A DNA stretch of 64,000 bases from the NCBI GenBank assembly GCA_030596395.1, contig JAUVKF010000008.1, positions 188 through 64,187 of the forward strand, written 5' to 3'. This document shows, in pieces, positions 37,803 to 47,874 of the stretch. The first letter of the stretch is position 1; each line of letters starts with the position of its first letter. Both the position numbers and the translations under genes were made by a program. Below the pieces are notes generated by a model. It was given only the letters and a program-made list of their open reading frames with translations, did no database searches and was not told the DNA's origin. Origin of the DNA: Chlorobiota bacterium (lineage in GTDB: Bacteria; Bacteroidota; Bacteroidia; Bacteroidales; F082).

Positions 37803-40022
37803 TCAATCAACTACCGCCCCTTTCATAAGCTCAGCTTCATCTGGTTGAGCATAGTCTTTAATTACAGGAATAGTTTTCACCAGGGTTAATTCATCAATGA
37901 TATTTTTTGCACCTGCAAATTTATCTATAACGAAGAGCACATAACGGATATCAACATTGATGGTGCGCTGAATTTTGTTTTCAAACGCAATATCCCCGCT
38001 CATGGCTTCCCAGTTTCCATCAAATGCAAGGCCGATCAACTCTCCTTTTCCATTGATCACCGGACTGCCTGAATTTCCACCTGTTATGTCGTGGTTGGTT
38101 AGAAAGCACACTTTCATCACACCATCATCGCCGTAAGCCCCAAAATCCTCTTCATTATATAATTGTTTTAGTTTTTCAGGCACGGTAAACTCCCAGTTGC
38201 CCGGATCCTCTTTTTGAATGATACCATCCATTGTGGTGAAATAGTTAAAGTAAACTGCATCAGACGGATGATAACCCTCAACAGTACCGTAAGTAAGTCG
38301 CATGGTAAAATTGGCATCAGGATAATAATTCACATCAGGATTCATTTCGCGTAAACCGGCAATATAAAGCTTTTCGCCTTCGGCCAGTTTCGAATAAGTA
38401 TCTTTGGTTTTGGCTTTCAGATCCTTGTATGATTCAAAAAATGTTTTGGCCGCAACAAATGCCGGATCTTTTTCCAGTATTTTATGCTTTGGTTTGGAAA
38501 GAAATTCTTTAACCTCATTCGGATTATCAAATATCGATTTATCAAAAACATAATCAGCATATGCGCCGTAATCACCCTTAAATTTTTTGTCCATTTCAAG
38601 CAAATAAACAGGCTGCTGATCGAGTGGAACATTCTGGTGATACATCAATATCATCGAGGCAAACATATTTCGGTCTATATCAACATTGTAATTTTTAAAA
38701 TGTGCAGATATGTTTTCATCCAGATTAGAAATTTCCTTTTCAATATCAGCTTCCGGTGTTTCTTTTTCAGCAAAAAGCGCACTAAGGTTTTTGAAAGAGT
38801 TAGCATATTTAAGAATTTCAGATCCACGGTAAACAGCTTCTCTAAAATACCAGTTGGCAAGGTTGTATTGTTCCAGTACATCATATGCTTCCTCAATATA
38901 AACTAACGCATTGCCGTATTTTTCCCTTGCGTGCGAATTATTATTAAGCCACTCGGTAAATGCTGCTTCTTCGGCTTCTTTATTTTCTTTTACTTTTAAC
39001 TTTTTCAAACCTTTGGTTTGGCCGATAAAGTATTTCCAGTAATTGGCTGTCCCCGCATATTTTGATGCATATTGCAAACGAACGGCTTCGTCAGCGTCCA
39101 TACCCTCTTTCATGATGCGTAACTTTTCTTCACGAATTTTTACAATGGTCATGTTGCTCTGGTTCACTGCCAGATTAACACCAAACGAAGAAAGATAACG
39201 CTGTGTTCTTCCTGGATTGCCAAGTATCATAGAGAAATCACCCTCTTTAACACCCGAAACAGATATAGGAAGATAATGCTTTGGTTTCAGCGGCATATTT
39301 TCTGCAGAATATTCAGCCGGTTTACCGTCCTCACCGGTATAAACCCTGAACATGGAAAAATCGCCTGTGTGGCGTGGCCACATCCAGTTGTCTGTATCGG
39401 CGCCAAACTTACCGATTGATTCGGGAGGCGTACCAACCAGTCGGATATCAGTAAAGGTTTCATAAACAAACAAATAATATTCATTTCCGGCGAACATTGG
39501 TTCAACAATTGCACTGTAATGTGTGTCATTTGTTGCCTGCTCAATTAAGCCTTTGATGTTGTCTTTTTTTGTAGCACTCTTGTCTTCTTTGCTCATGTCT
39601 TCTTCTACACCGTTTAACGTTTCTTTGGTGACATCCTGCATACTTACAAGGAATTTAACCGAGAGGCCTTCTATCGGAATTTCTTCTTCTTTGCTTGTGG
39701 CCCAGAATCCATCATCAAGGTAGTTGTGTTCAGGTGAACTTACCTTTTGAATGCTGCCATATCCGCAATGATGGTTGGTTAGGATCAGACCTTCAGGTGA
39801 GATTATTTCTCCGGTGCAACCTCTTCCAAAAATGACAATTGCATCTTTAAGGCTTGAGTTGTTCACACTATAAATATCTTCAGTACTGAGTTTCAACCCA
39901 AGTTTCTGCATTTTAACGATGTTTTTGTTGATTAACAGGGGAATCCACATCCCTTCATCAGCCTTTACCTGGTTACCAAAACCAATGGCAAAAACAATTA
40001 ATAATACTGCTAACTTTTTCAT
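37803..40022 (-). CDS. S46-family dipeptidyl-peptidase (DPP7/DPP11-like)
   Basis: Signal peptide then DEGMWIP, catalytic His context LTNHHCG, catalytic Ser context GGNSGSPV. 739 aa. Confidence 0.88.
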   Translation of the reverse strand: MKKLAVLLIVFAIGFGNQVKADEGMWIPLLINKNIVKMQKLGLKLSTEDIYSVNNSSLKDAIVIFGRGCTGEIISPEGLILTNHHCGYGSIQKVSSPEHNYLDDGFWATSKEEEIPIEGLSVKFLVSMQDVTKETLNGVEEDMSKEDKSATKKDNIKGLIEQATNDTHYSAIVEPMFAGNEYYLFVYETFTDIRLVGTPPESIGKFGADTDNWMWPRHTGDFSMFRVYTGEDGKPAEYSAENMPLKPKHYLPISVSGVKEGDFSMILGNPGRTQRYLSSFGVNLAVNQSNMTIVKIREEKLRIMKEGMDADEAVRLQYASKYAGTANYWKYFIGQTKGLKKLKVKENKEAEEAAFTEWLNNNSHAREKYGNALVYIEEAYDVLEQYNLANWYFREAVYRGSEILKYANSFKNLSALFAEKETPEADIEKEISNLDENISAHFKNYNVDIDRNMFASMILMYHQNVPLDQQPVYLLEMDKKFKGDYGAYADYVFDKSIFDNPNEVKEFLSKPKHKILEKDPAFVAAKTFFESYKDLKAKTKDTYSKLAEGEKLYIAGLREMNPDVNYYPDANFTMRLTYGTVEGYHPSDAVYFNYFTTMDGIIQKEDPGNWEFTVPEKLKQLYNEEDFGAYGDDGVMKVCFLTNHDITGGNSGSPVINGKGELIGLAFDGNWEAMSGDIAFENKIQRTINVDIRYVLFVIDKFAGAKNIIDELTLVKTIPVIKDYAQPDEAELMKGAVVD

Positions 40023-40049
40023 AATCAGACTAAATGATTTTAATATTAA

Positions 40050-41147
40050 TTAAACAAATTTTTCTCCTTTTTCCGATTTTACATCATGGACAAATTGCCT
40101 GATTTGCTGCTCATCTTCCTTTCGGCAAACCAATAATGTATTTTCTTCTTCTACAACGATATAATCATTTAAACCCTGCAAAACAACGAGTTTATCATCA
40201 GGCATATTCACAATACAGTTTTCGGTATCGTATAGCATTACATTGTTGCCGATAATGGCATTTTCTAAATCATCTTTACTACGAATGCTGTACAGCGAAC
40301 CCCATGTTCCAAGGTCCGACCAACCAAAATCAACTGCCAGGGTATACACATTGTCAGCCTTTTCCATAATGCCGTAATCAATGGATATATTGCTGCATAC
40401 AGCATAAGTTTTTTCGATAAAACCAGCCTCGTCAGTTGTATTATAAATACCTTTTCCCTGGCGGAAAAGTTTATCAACATCAACCAGGTGGGTTTCAAAA
40501 GCCGACATAATGCTTTTAAGCGACCAGATGAAAATTCCGGAATTCCACAGGAAATCACCGCTTTCAAGAAATGATTTTGCGATTTCCAAATTGGGTTTTT
40601 CGGTAAAGGTTTTTACTTTATGCAAACGGTTGTCGTCTGAATAAACCGACTCTTCAATGAATTGAATATACCCATAACCCGTGTCAGGCCTGCTCGGTTT
40701 AATGCCCATTGTTACCAACCATTCATTTTCGGAAGCAGCTTTCATCGCCATTGCAACATCGTGGACAAACTCATCTTCTTTGAGAATGATGTGATCGGAT
40801 GGAGCAACTACAACAATAGCTTCCGGGTTGTCTTCTTTTATTTTATAATTGGCATAAGCAACGCAGGGTGCTGTATTGCGGCGAGATGGTTCACATAAAA
40901 CCTGGTTCTCCTTCATTTGAGGAAGATGTTCCAGAACAAGGTCTTTGTAAATCGCATTAGTAACCACCAGGATGTTTTCGGGAGGACAGATTTTCAAAAA
41001 CCTGTCAAAGGTCATTTGGATAAGCGTTTTGCCTGTTCCGAGTACATCGATAAATTGTTTTGGGCGGGATGTTTTGCTCATTGGCCAGAAACGGGTTCCC
41101 ACGCCACCGGCCATGATTACGCAATAGTTATTCTTTAAATTGTCCAT
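40050..41147 (-). CDS. manC: Mannose-1-phosphate guanylyltransferase
   Basis: N-terminal nucleotidyltransferase motif IMAGGVGTRFWPMS. 365 aa without a C-terminal isomerase domain. Confidence 0.8.
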   Translation of the reverse strand: MDNLKNNYCVIMAGGVGTRFWPMSKTSRPKQFIDVLGTGKTLIQMTFDRFLKICPPENILVVTNAIYKDLVLEHLPQMKENQVLCEPSRRNTAPCVAYANYKIKEDNPEAIVVVAPSDHIILKEDEFVHDVAMAMKAASENEWLVTMGIKPSRPDTGYGYIQFIEESVYSDDNRLHKVKTFTEKPNLEIAKSFLESGDFLWNSGIFIWSLKSIMSAFETHLVDVDKLFRQGKGIYNTTDEAGFIEKTYAVCSNISIDYGIMEKADNVYTLAVDFGWSDLGTWGSLYSIRSKDDLENAIIGNNVMLYDTENCIVNMPDDKLVVLQGLNDYIVVEEENTLLVCRKEDEQQIRQFVHDVKSEKGEKFV

Positions 41148-41159
41148 TGGGCTGCGTTA

Positions 41160-41384
41160 AATTTTGAGGGTGCAAAGATAGTAAACGATATTGGATTAGT
41201 GGTTAAGGGGGAATGGTTAATAGTTATAGGAGAATTGGTAAAGTTGGCTGATTGGAAAAAACGGTTGAATCGGTTAATAAGTGAATTAGTGAATTGTGAT
41301 TTAAGATTAGTGATCGCCAACTGGAGACTGCCGACTGTGGGTTGCTGACTGGAAACAACTGGCTGATTTAAAACATACTGGGGG
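41160..41384. repeat. Intergenic degenerate short-word repeat tract
   Basis: Runs of related 7-9 nt words (gattagtg, ggttaa, gaattagtgaattgtga, ttaagattagtga, ctgccgactg, gctgactgg, caactggctga) fill the whole sprT-manC spacer. The 85-aa ORF on the track (41135..41392) is just its low-complexity translation. Confidence 0.55.
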
Positions 41385-42011
41385 CTAATCAACCAGATTA
41401 ACAGGTGTTAAAGGATGAAACAGGTAAGTTCTTTTATTCTGTAAATTCAGGCATTTGTATCGTGTCCTTACCCGTTCGCCCTTTTTAAATTGTCTGCCGT
41501 TTTGTGTTACAAATAATGCATCGAATGGTAAATCCTCAACACGTGGATGTCCATTGCTTTTATCATATCGTTGAAGAATACGACTTAATTTTAAATCCGA
41601 AGTGCTTGAGGCTTTTACCATGGGTATCCCTTCGGGAGAATTTTTGATTGATTTTTCCAACTGCTGTTGGATATCTTCCGGGAACACCTTGAGCTTTAAA
41701 ACATCAATCATTAATTCTTTGTAAATCTGTTTCCATTCTTTGCCATGAGGCGCAACCCGGTTTTTGTATTGTTCATACACTTTAAGGTGCGCCAGTTCAT
41801 GTACAAACGTGATAAGAAAAGAGTATTTATTCAGATCGTGGTTGATGGTGATGCGATGATTCGAATGCCTGATTGGCGGACGATAATCGCCCAGTTTGGT
41901 TTTGCGGTTTCTTGTGATCTTCAGGTGGATTTTGTGGTTAATAACCGAATTGTACACTTTTTCAACGGCTGTATCAGGAAGGTATTGGGCTAAGATTTCT
42001 TTTTCGGTCAT
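41385..42011 (-). CDS. SprT-like zinc metallopeptidase-domain protein
   Basis: 208 aa with FVHELAHL (HExxH) in an SprT-like context (KLGDYRP...ITINHDLN). Confidence 0.7.
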   Translation of the reverse strand: MTEKEILAQYLPDTAVEKVYNSVINHKIHLKITRNRKTKLGDYRPPIRHSNHRITINHDLNKYSFLITFVHELAHLKVYEQYKNRVAPHGKEWKQIYKELMIDVLKLKVFPEDIQQQLEKSIKNSPEGIPMVKASSTSDLKLSRILQRYDKSNGHPRVEDLPFDALFVTQNGRQFKKGERVRTRYKCLNLQNKRTYLFHPLTPVNLVD

Positions 42012-42202
42012 ACGAATGTGGCTGTCTTATATTGGTTTGTTCCTGTATTTTGAAAGCTCCACTCCGGGCAATTACACTTTTTCTTTTTTTCCCGCTTGTT
42101 TGGTAAATACGAAGATTTAGTACTTGAACAGGAGGTCATTAAAATGCAAAATGCAATACCTGCCGAAAACATAAATTGCCATATTTTGTACCTGTTCACC
42201 AA
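42008..42202 (-). CDS. Small putative lipoprotein
   Basis: 64 aa, lipobox-like FCILMTSC|SS, basic tail. 4-nt overlap with the downstream sprT-like gene. The start could instead be the Met at 42172. Confidence 0.4.
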   Translation of the reverse strand: MVNRYKIWQFMFSAGIAFCILMTSCSSTKSSYLPNKREKKKKCNCPEWSFQNTGTNQYKTATFV

Positions 42203-42293
42203 TTTTTCATCAAATTATTCGTTTTCAAAAGTAATTGGTTTTTATGAACCCGATTATGACCAATTTATTTTCTTTTGAGTAAATTAGCCGCTT

Positions 42294-43034
42294 ATGAAAT
42301 TCCTGTATCAGGTTGGCGATTATATAATGATCATGTTTCAGGCTTTTAAACGGCCTGACAAAGGAAAAGTATTCCGGAGACAATTGTTTATCGATTTCCA
42401 GAATATGGGCGCTACATCAATTGGCGTTGTTACAATTATCTCCGTCTTTTTTGGCGCCATCATCGCTATACAAACAGCTGAAAATATCGATAATCCAATG
42501 ATCCCGCTTACAACCATCGGATTTAGCGTACGGCAAATGATGATCCTCGAGTTTGGGCCAACCATCATCAGTTTAATACTGGTGGGCAAAGTCGGGTCAA
42601 GTATTGCTTCCGAAATAGGAACCATGCGGGTTTCAGAACAGATCGACGCCTTGAAAGTGATGGGAATAAACCCGGCAAACTATTTGATTCTGCCCAAAAT
42701 AACAGCCGCAATGCTGTACAATCCGGTGTTGATCACTTTTTCAATCATATTGGGTATACTGGGTGGTTGGGCTGCATCAGTATTTACCGGTATTGTTACC
42801 ACAACAATATATATAGAAGGACTACGCGCGTGGTATGATCCGTTTACCATCACGTATGCCTTTGCCAAAACTGAGGTTTTTGCATTCATCATTGCCTCAG
42901 TTTCGGGTTACAAAGGATATACCGTAAAGGGTGGTTCGGTTGAGGTGGGTCAGGCAAGTACCAGCGCGGTTGTAACCTGCACAATTCTAATTGTTGTTTT
43001 CGACCTGATATTAACCCAAATGATGTTGATGTGA
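42294..43034 (+). CDS. mlaE: MlaE-family ABC transporter permease
   Basis: 246 aa, 5-6 TM helices. EIGTMRVSEQIDALKVMGINP is the conserved MlaE/Ttg2B motif. Confidence 0.8.
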   Translation: MKFLYQVGDYIMIMFQAFKRPDKGKVFRRQLFIDFQNMGATSIGVVTIISVFFGAIIAIQTAENIDNPMIPLTTIGFSVRQMMILEFGPTIISLILVGKVGSSIASEIGTMRVSEQIDALKVMGINPANYLILPKITAAMLYNPVLITFSIILGILGGWAASVFTGIVTTTIYIEGLRAWYDPFTITYAFAKTEVFAFIIASVSGYKGYTVKGGSVEVGQASTSAVVTCTILIVVFDLILTQMMLM

Positions 43035-43774
43035 TCGAGGTAAAAAACATATCCAAGTCGTTTAATGGCCAGCAGGTTCTTAAGGACATTACTACCAGGT
43101 TTGAAAAGGGAAAAACCAACCTCATCATCGGGCAGAGTGGTTCCGGGAAAACCGTACTGATGAAATGCTGCATTGGCCTGATTGATGCCGATGAGGGGGA
43201 TGTAATTTTTGACGGTAAAGTGTTTTCCAGGTTGTCAGGAAAAGAGCAAAGAATTACACGGCAGGAAATGGGTATGTTGTTCCAGGGAGGGGCTTTATTT
43301 GATTCATACACCGTTGAAGAAAACGTAATGTTCCCTTTGAACATGTTCACAAAAATGACTTTTGATGAAAAAAAAGACAGAGTGAATTATGTACTGGATC
43401 GTGTGAATATAGCCGAGGCCAATCATAAATTTCCTTCCGAAATAAGTGGCGGAATGATCAAACGTGTTGCTATTGCCCGTGCCATAGCACTAAACCCTAA
43501 ATACCTGTTTTGCGATGAACCCAATTCGGGCCTCGACCCTAAAACAGCCGAGGTGATTGACAGGTTGATCTCTGACCTTACAGAGGAATTTGGTATGACA
43601 ACGGTCATCAACACACACGATATGAACTCGGTTTTGCAAATCGGGCAAACAATAGTATTCATTTACAATGGTGAATTGTGGTGGGAAGGCGACAAAAACG
43701 GCATCATGAAAACTGACAATGCTGAATTAAATGATTTTGTGTTTTCAACGGAGTTAACCAGAAGGGCTAAATAA
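43031..43774 (+). CDS. mlaF: MlaF-like ABC transporter ATP-binding protein
   Basis: Walker A GQSGSGKT, signature ISGGMIKRVAIARA, Walker B LFCDEPNSGLD. GTG start overlapping the permease stop (GTGA). Confidence 0.85.
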   Translation: MIEVKNISKSFNGQQVLKDITTRFEKGKTNLIIGQSGSGKTVLMKCCIGLIDADEGDVIFDGKVFSRLSGKEQRITRQEMGMLFQGGALFDSYTVEENVMFPLNMFTKMTFDEKKDRVNYVLDRVNIAEANHKFPSEISGGMIKRVAIARAIALNPKYLFCDEPNSGLDPKTAEVIDRLISDLTEEFGMTTVINTHDMNSVLQIGQTIVFIYNGELWWEGDKNGIMKTDNAELNDFVFSTELTRRAK

Positions 43775-43996
43775 GAAGATCAAAGATCAATATTATATAA
43801 TTTTTAAAACAGAAAATCGACATTATATACCTCTTTTTGATTTGCAATAATGGAATGTTGGATTAATGGAGTAGTAATTAATTATTTACCCTACAGTACA
43901 ACAATACTCCATCACTCCATGTTCATTGAAAATTTTCCTTAAGCAATTTAGTAAAGCAATAGAGCAAATTATTTTTTCGAACCATAATAATTTTAT

Positions 43997-44536
43997 ATGA
44001 CAATAAACCTACTTGATATTCTGATCCTTATTCCACTTTTACTCTGGGCATACCAGGGTTATAAAAAGGGTTTTATCATTAGCCTTGCCTCGCTGGCAGC
44101 GCTGATACTTGGATTATATTTTGCTTTTTTCTTTTCAGATTTCACGGCCGGTAAACTAACAGAATATTTCACAATCAGCAACGAATACCTGGCGATAATT
44201 GCCTTTATAGTCACATTTGCAGTTGTAGTTGTTGCAGTGATATTGGTTGGAAATATCCTTCAGAAATTTATCGATGTACTGTTGCTTGGGTTCTTGAATA
44301 AAGCAGCAGGCGCTGTATTCGGTATTTTAAAAGGAGCCCTTTTCCTGAGCATTTTATTTTTCGTGATCAATTATTTCGATCCGGGACATAACCTGATCAA
44401 ACAAAAACACAGAGAAAGTTCCATTCTGTACGAACCGGTCGAATCATTTGCCCCCTTCCTTTATTCATGGTTACATCTTGATAACCTTGACATTAAATTG
44501 CCTTCAAAAGGCGATATTTTGGATGAGGTTTATTAA
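43997..44536 (+). CDS. cvpA: CvpA-family membrane protein
   Basis: 179 aa, 4 TM. N-terminal LDILILIPLLLWAYQGYKKGFI is typical of CvpA. Confidence 0.7.
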   Translation: MTINLLDILILIPLLLWAYQGYKKGFIISLASLAALILGLYFAFFFSDFTAGKLTEYFTISNEYLAIIAFIVTFAVVVVAVILVGNILQKFIDVLLLGFLNKAAGAVFGILKGALFLSILFFVINYFDPGHNLIKQKHRESSILYEPVESFAPFLYSWLHLDNLDIKLPSKGDILDEVY

Positions 44537-44567
44537 ATTTTCTTTTCATCATTTAATTATTAACTCA

Positions 44568-45248
44568 TTAAAAACGCCATCCAATCCTAACATTCAATGA
44601 TAGGTCAGGATAAAAGTATGCACCTGAATCATATGGTTTTGACCAGGGAAATTCGAATGAAGTTGAAGAATTACCAGATGGTTTATTAGTTGAATAGCTA
44701 CTTATCAGCTGCACTCCAACACCGGCGGATGTTTCAAATAAGAAGCCCGACTTAGCAATATATTTCCAGCCAACATTACCACAAACCCTAATTTTATTTC
44801 TTATTACCTGATATTCATCCTGGGAAGCCATACTATACATGTAATGAATTTGACCGCCAAAATATCCTCCTTTCAGTTCGTTTCCAAATTGCTGTATATA
44901 AGCCTTAATCTCAGTATTGACAGCAAAACCAAGCAAATCATCAACACCTATAACAAAATATCCCTTTTTTGAAGGGTTTTGATCATCAAAAATGTATCTC
45001 AAATCGCACTGCATGCCCACATTGTTTTTTAACCTGAACTCAACGCCTGCCTGAATCCCAACACTGTTGGTAACATAATCCCCTCCTAATCCGGCCAATG
45101 AAATTGATACATCAACAAACTTTTTTTGCACTGTTGTATCCTGTGCGTAGGTGTGCATGAAGGTTAGAAGCAGTATGAATATAATAACTTGTTTTTGCAC
45201 ATTTTTTGAATTCAATCGGTTTCCTCTGATCTGCTTTTCAAGTTTCAT
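44568..45248 (-). CDS. Putative outer-membrane beta-barrel protein
   Basis: Signal peptide (IIFILLLTFMHTYAQ), alternating amphipathic strands, and a C-terminal aromatic residue (RIGWRF). Confidence 0.5.
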   Translation of the reverse strand: MKLEKQIRGNRLNSKNVQKQVIIFILLLTFMHTYAQDTTVQKKFVDVSISLAGLGGDYVTNSVGIQAGVEFRLKNNVGMQCDLRYIFDDQNPSKKGYFVIGVDDLLGFAVNTEIKAYIQQFGNELKGGYFGGQIHYMYSMASQDEYQVIRNKIRVCGNVGWKYIAKSGFLFETSAGVGVQLISSYSTNKPSGNSSTSFEFPWSKPYDSGAYFYPDLSLNVRIGWRF

Positions 45249-45313
45249 TTCCGAATCGACTACGGGATGTTTGATACTGGATTTGACAATCTTCCAGCAT
45301 CGTTTACTATTTC

Positions 45314-46498
45314 TTACTTTTCAATCGCTGCTACCCCCGGCAATGTCTTCCCCTCAATTAACTCAAGCATTGCGCCACCGCCGGTTGAGACATAACTCAC
45401 TTTAATATTGTATTTGTTTACTGCCGCCACACTGTCACCACCACCAACAAGTGAATATGCACCTTTTGATGTTGAACCGGCAATGGCTTTTGCGATTTCA
45501 ATTGTGCCATTCTCAAAATTTTCCATTTCAAAAACACCCATTGGCCCGTTCCATAAAATGGTGGCTGAGTTTTCAATTACCTGTTTAAAAGTATGAATGG
45601 TTTCAGGGCCAATGTCCAGGCCCATCCATCCATCTGGTATTTCACCGGCCTGGCAAAGTTGCTTTTCCGCATCATTGTCAAATTTGTCGGCAGCAACAGT
45701 ATCAGATGGAATGTAAAAATTTACACCCAGCTTTTCGGCTTTTTTCATGGCTTTTTTTGCGGTATCGATTAAATCATCTTCAACAAGCGAATTGCCAACA
45801 TTTCCTCCCATTGCTTTAATGAATGTAAACATCATACCACCCCCAATGATCAGGTTATCAACTTTATCCAGCAGATGGTTGATGATTTCGATTTTGCCTG
45901 AAACTTTTGCGCCGCCAAGTACTGCAGTAAAAGGTTTTTCGCCTTCCTTCAGTACTTTGTTGATGCTTTTCAATTCATTACTCATCACATAGCCGAACAT
46001 TTTATTTACAGGGAAAAATTTGGCGATAATCGCAGTGGATGCATGGGCCCGGTGGGCAGTGCCGAATGCGTCATTCATATAAACATCGGCAATTTCAGCA
46101 AGCTTTTTGGCAAAAGCTTCATCGCCCTTTGTTTCTTCTTTGTAAAAACGAAGATTTTCAAGTAATAAGACTTCACCCGGTTTAAGATTTGCAGCTTTTT
46201 CTGTTGTTTGGTTTCCAATGCAATCATCGGCAAATTGAACATCTGTATCTAATTTTTCAGACAAGTCTGTTATCAGGTGTTTAAGCGAGAATTTTTCTTC
46301 GGGCCCTTCTTTTGGCCTGCCGAGGTGCGACATCAGGATAACAGCTCCGCCGCTCTCACGGATTTTTTGAATAGTTGGAATAGCTGCACGAATACGGGTA
46401 TCATCAGTAATTTCAAAATTATTGTTTAACGGTACGTTAAAATCTACACGCACAATTACCTTTTTGTTTGTAAAATCGTAGTTGTCAATATTTTGCAT
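45314..46498 (-). CDS. pgk: Phosphoglycerate kinase
   Basis: Full-length PGK: [31 protein letters not shown] motifs. Confidence 0.95.
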   Translation of the reverse strand: MQNIDNYDFTNKKVIVRVDFNVPLNNNFEITDDTRIRAAIPTIQKIRESGGAVILMSHLGRPKEGPEEKFSLKHLITDLSEKLDTDVQFADDCIGNQTTEKAANLKPGEVLLLENLRFYKEETKGDEAFAKKLAEIADVYMNDAFGTAHRAHASTAIIAKFFPVNKMFGYVMSNELKSINKVLKEGEKPFTAVLGGAKVSGKIEIINHLLDKVDNLIIGGGMMFTFIKAMGGNVGNSLVEDDLIDTAKKAMKKAEKLGVNFYIPSDTVAADKFDNDAEKQLCQAGEIPDGWMGLDIGPETIHTFKQVIENSATILWNGPMGVFEMENFENGTIEIAKAIAGSTSKGAYSLVGGGDSVAAVNKYNIKVSYVSTGGGAMLELIEGKTLPGVAAIEK

Positions 46499-46538
46499 TA
46501 CAATAAAATTATTAGGTTATTGAATTGTTGAGTTTGAA

Positions 46539-46546
46539 CAAAACTA
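46539..46546 (-). promoter_or_regulatory. Bacteroidota -7 promoter box (TAnnTTTG) upstream of pgk
   Basis: Minus-strand TAGTTTTG, 41 nt upstream of the pgk ATG, in the divergent spacer. Confidence 0.3.
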
Positions 46547-46689
46547 TAAAACAAAGGCGTATAAAAATTGAAATGTGAACTATTTTCTTGCAATTACACC
46601 TCATTAGGTATTGAATCTATACCAGCGTTTTTAAATAGAGATTATTTACAACAACCCTCTTAAGATTAAATTCCTCTTTTGTATTTCTT

Positions 46690-46697
46690 TACATTTG
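46690..46697 (+). promoter_or_regulatory. Bacteroidota -7 promoter box (TAnnTTTG) upstream of the aminotransferase gene
   Basis: TACATTTG, 20 nt upstream of ATG 46717. Confidence 0.3.
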
Positions 46698-46716
46698 TGC
46701 ATAAATCCAAGTATCG

Positions 46717-47874
46717 ATGAATTTATTTGAAGGAAATATTTATTCAAAGCTTCCGGGTACCGGCACTTCCATATTTGCTGTGATGACAGGCCTGGCAAAA
46801 CAATATAATGCTGTTAATTTGTCACAGGGTTTTCCTGATTTTCCGGTTTCGCAGGAATTAATGGATAAGGTGTATTTCTATATGCAAGATGGTAATAATC
46901 AATATGCTCCCATGCCAGGAACACCTGGTCTGAGGAAGGCCATTTCTAAGATGTTTAAGCTAAACCATGGCGCGAATTACAATCCTGACTCGGAAGTCAA
47001 TATAACCGCCGGGGCTACCCAGGCTTTGTTTACAGCCATCTCCGCATTTATTAGTCACGGAGATGAGGTAATTGTTTTTGAACCGGCTTACGATAGTTAT
47101 GTGCCTGCCGTTGTTGTGAATGGCGGAATAGTCAGGTATAGCGAATTGCACTACCCTGATTATCGAATTAAATGGGATGAAGTGAAAAAACTGGTGAACG
47201 AAAAAACAAAAATGATAATAATAAATTCTCCACACAATCCTACCGGAAGCGTTTTGTACGAAGAGGATTTGAAGGCACTCGAACATCTTTTGAAAGGCAC
47301 TGATATTGTTGTGTTAAGCGATGAAGTTTACGAACACCTGATATTTGACGGGATACAACACCAAAGCGTTTGCCGGTTTCCCGACCTGTCACAACGAAGC
47401 CTTCTGGTGGGATCTTTCGGAAAAACTTTTCATGCAACAGGTTGGAAAATCGGGTTTGTGCTAGCACCCGAAAACCTGATGAAGGAATTCAGGAAAGTAC
47501 ACCAGTTTGTTGTATTTGCCGTGAATACACCTATCCAAATGGCTATTGGAGAATATCTGAATAATCCGGAAAACTATTCCGGTTTAGGCGAATTCTTTCA
47601 ACAAAAACGAGACTTTTTTGTAAATGCAGTTAAGGCATCAAGGTTTAAGGTGATTCCATCGTATGGCACTTATTTTCAATTGCTTGATTACAGCAATATC
47701 TCCGAGAAGAATGAGATGGAATTTGCTGAAGAACTGGTCAGTGAACACGGCATCGCATCGGTGCCGGTTTCACCGTTTTATCATGATAACAAAAGCAATA
47801 AAGCATTGCGATTTTGTTTTGCTAAAGAAGAATCAACCTTAACCAGGGCAGCAGGAATATTATGCAGGATTTAA
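46717..47874 (+). CDS. PLP-dependent aminotransferase, class I (methionine/glutamine aminotransferase YbdL-like)
   Basis: 385 aa. NLSQGFPDF, NSPHNPTG, and the PLP-lysine context SFGKTFHATGWKIG. Confidence 0.8.
   Translation: MNLFEGNIYSKLPGTGTSIFAVMTGLAKQYNAVNLSQGFPDFPVSQELMDKVYFYMQDGNNQYAPMPGTPGLRKAISKMFKLNHGANYNPDSEVNITAGATQALFTAISAFISHGDEVIVFEPAYDSYVPAVVVNGGIVRYSELHYPDYRIKWDEVKKLVNEKTKMIIINSPHNPTGSVLYEEDLKALEHLLKGTDIVVLSDEVYEHLIFDGIQHQSVCRFPDLSQRSLLVGSFGKTFHATGWKIGFVLAPENLMKEFRKVHQFVVFAVNTPIQMAIGEYLNNPENYSGLGEFFQQKRDFFVNAVKASRFKVIPSYGTYFQLLDYSNISEKNEMEFAEELVSEHGIASVPVSPFYHDNKSNKALRFCFAKEESTLTRAAGILCRI

Noticed and set aside
38417-38906. Several 70-140-aa ORFs on both strands inside the S46 peptidase gene
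   Set aside because: They are alternative-frame or antisense ORFs within a gene that has all S46 catalytic motifs, and their translations are compositionally odd.
41160-41384. Word-repeat tract considered as a CRISPR array
   Set aside because: The repeat units are only 7-9 nt, degenerate and contiguous. There are no 25-40-nt repeats separated by unique spacers and no cas genes in the window.
41135-41392. 85-aa minus-strand ORF between the sprT-like gene and manC
   Set aside because: Low-complexity translation of the word-repeat spacer. It overlaps the termini of both neighbours.
42889-43350. 153-aa minus-strand ORF spanning the mlaE/mlaF junction
   Set aside because: Antisense to two well-supported ABC transporter genes.
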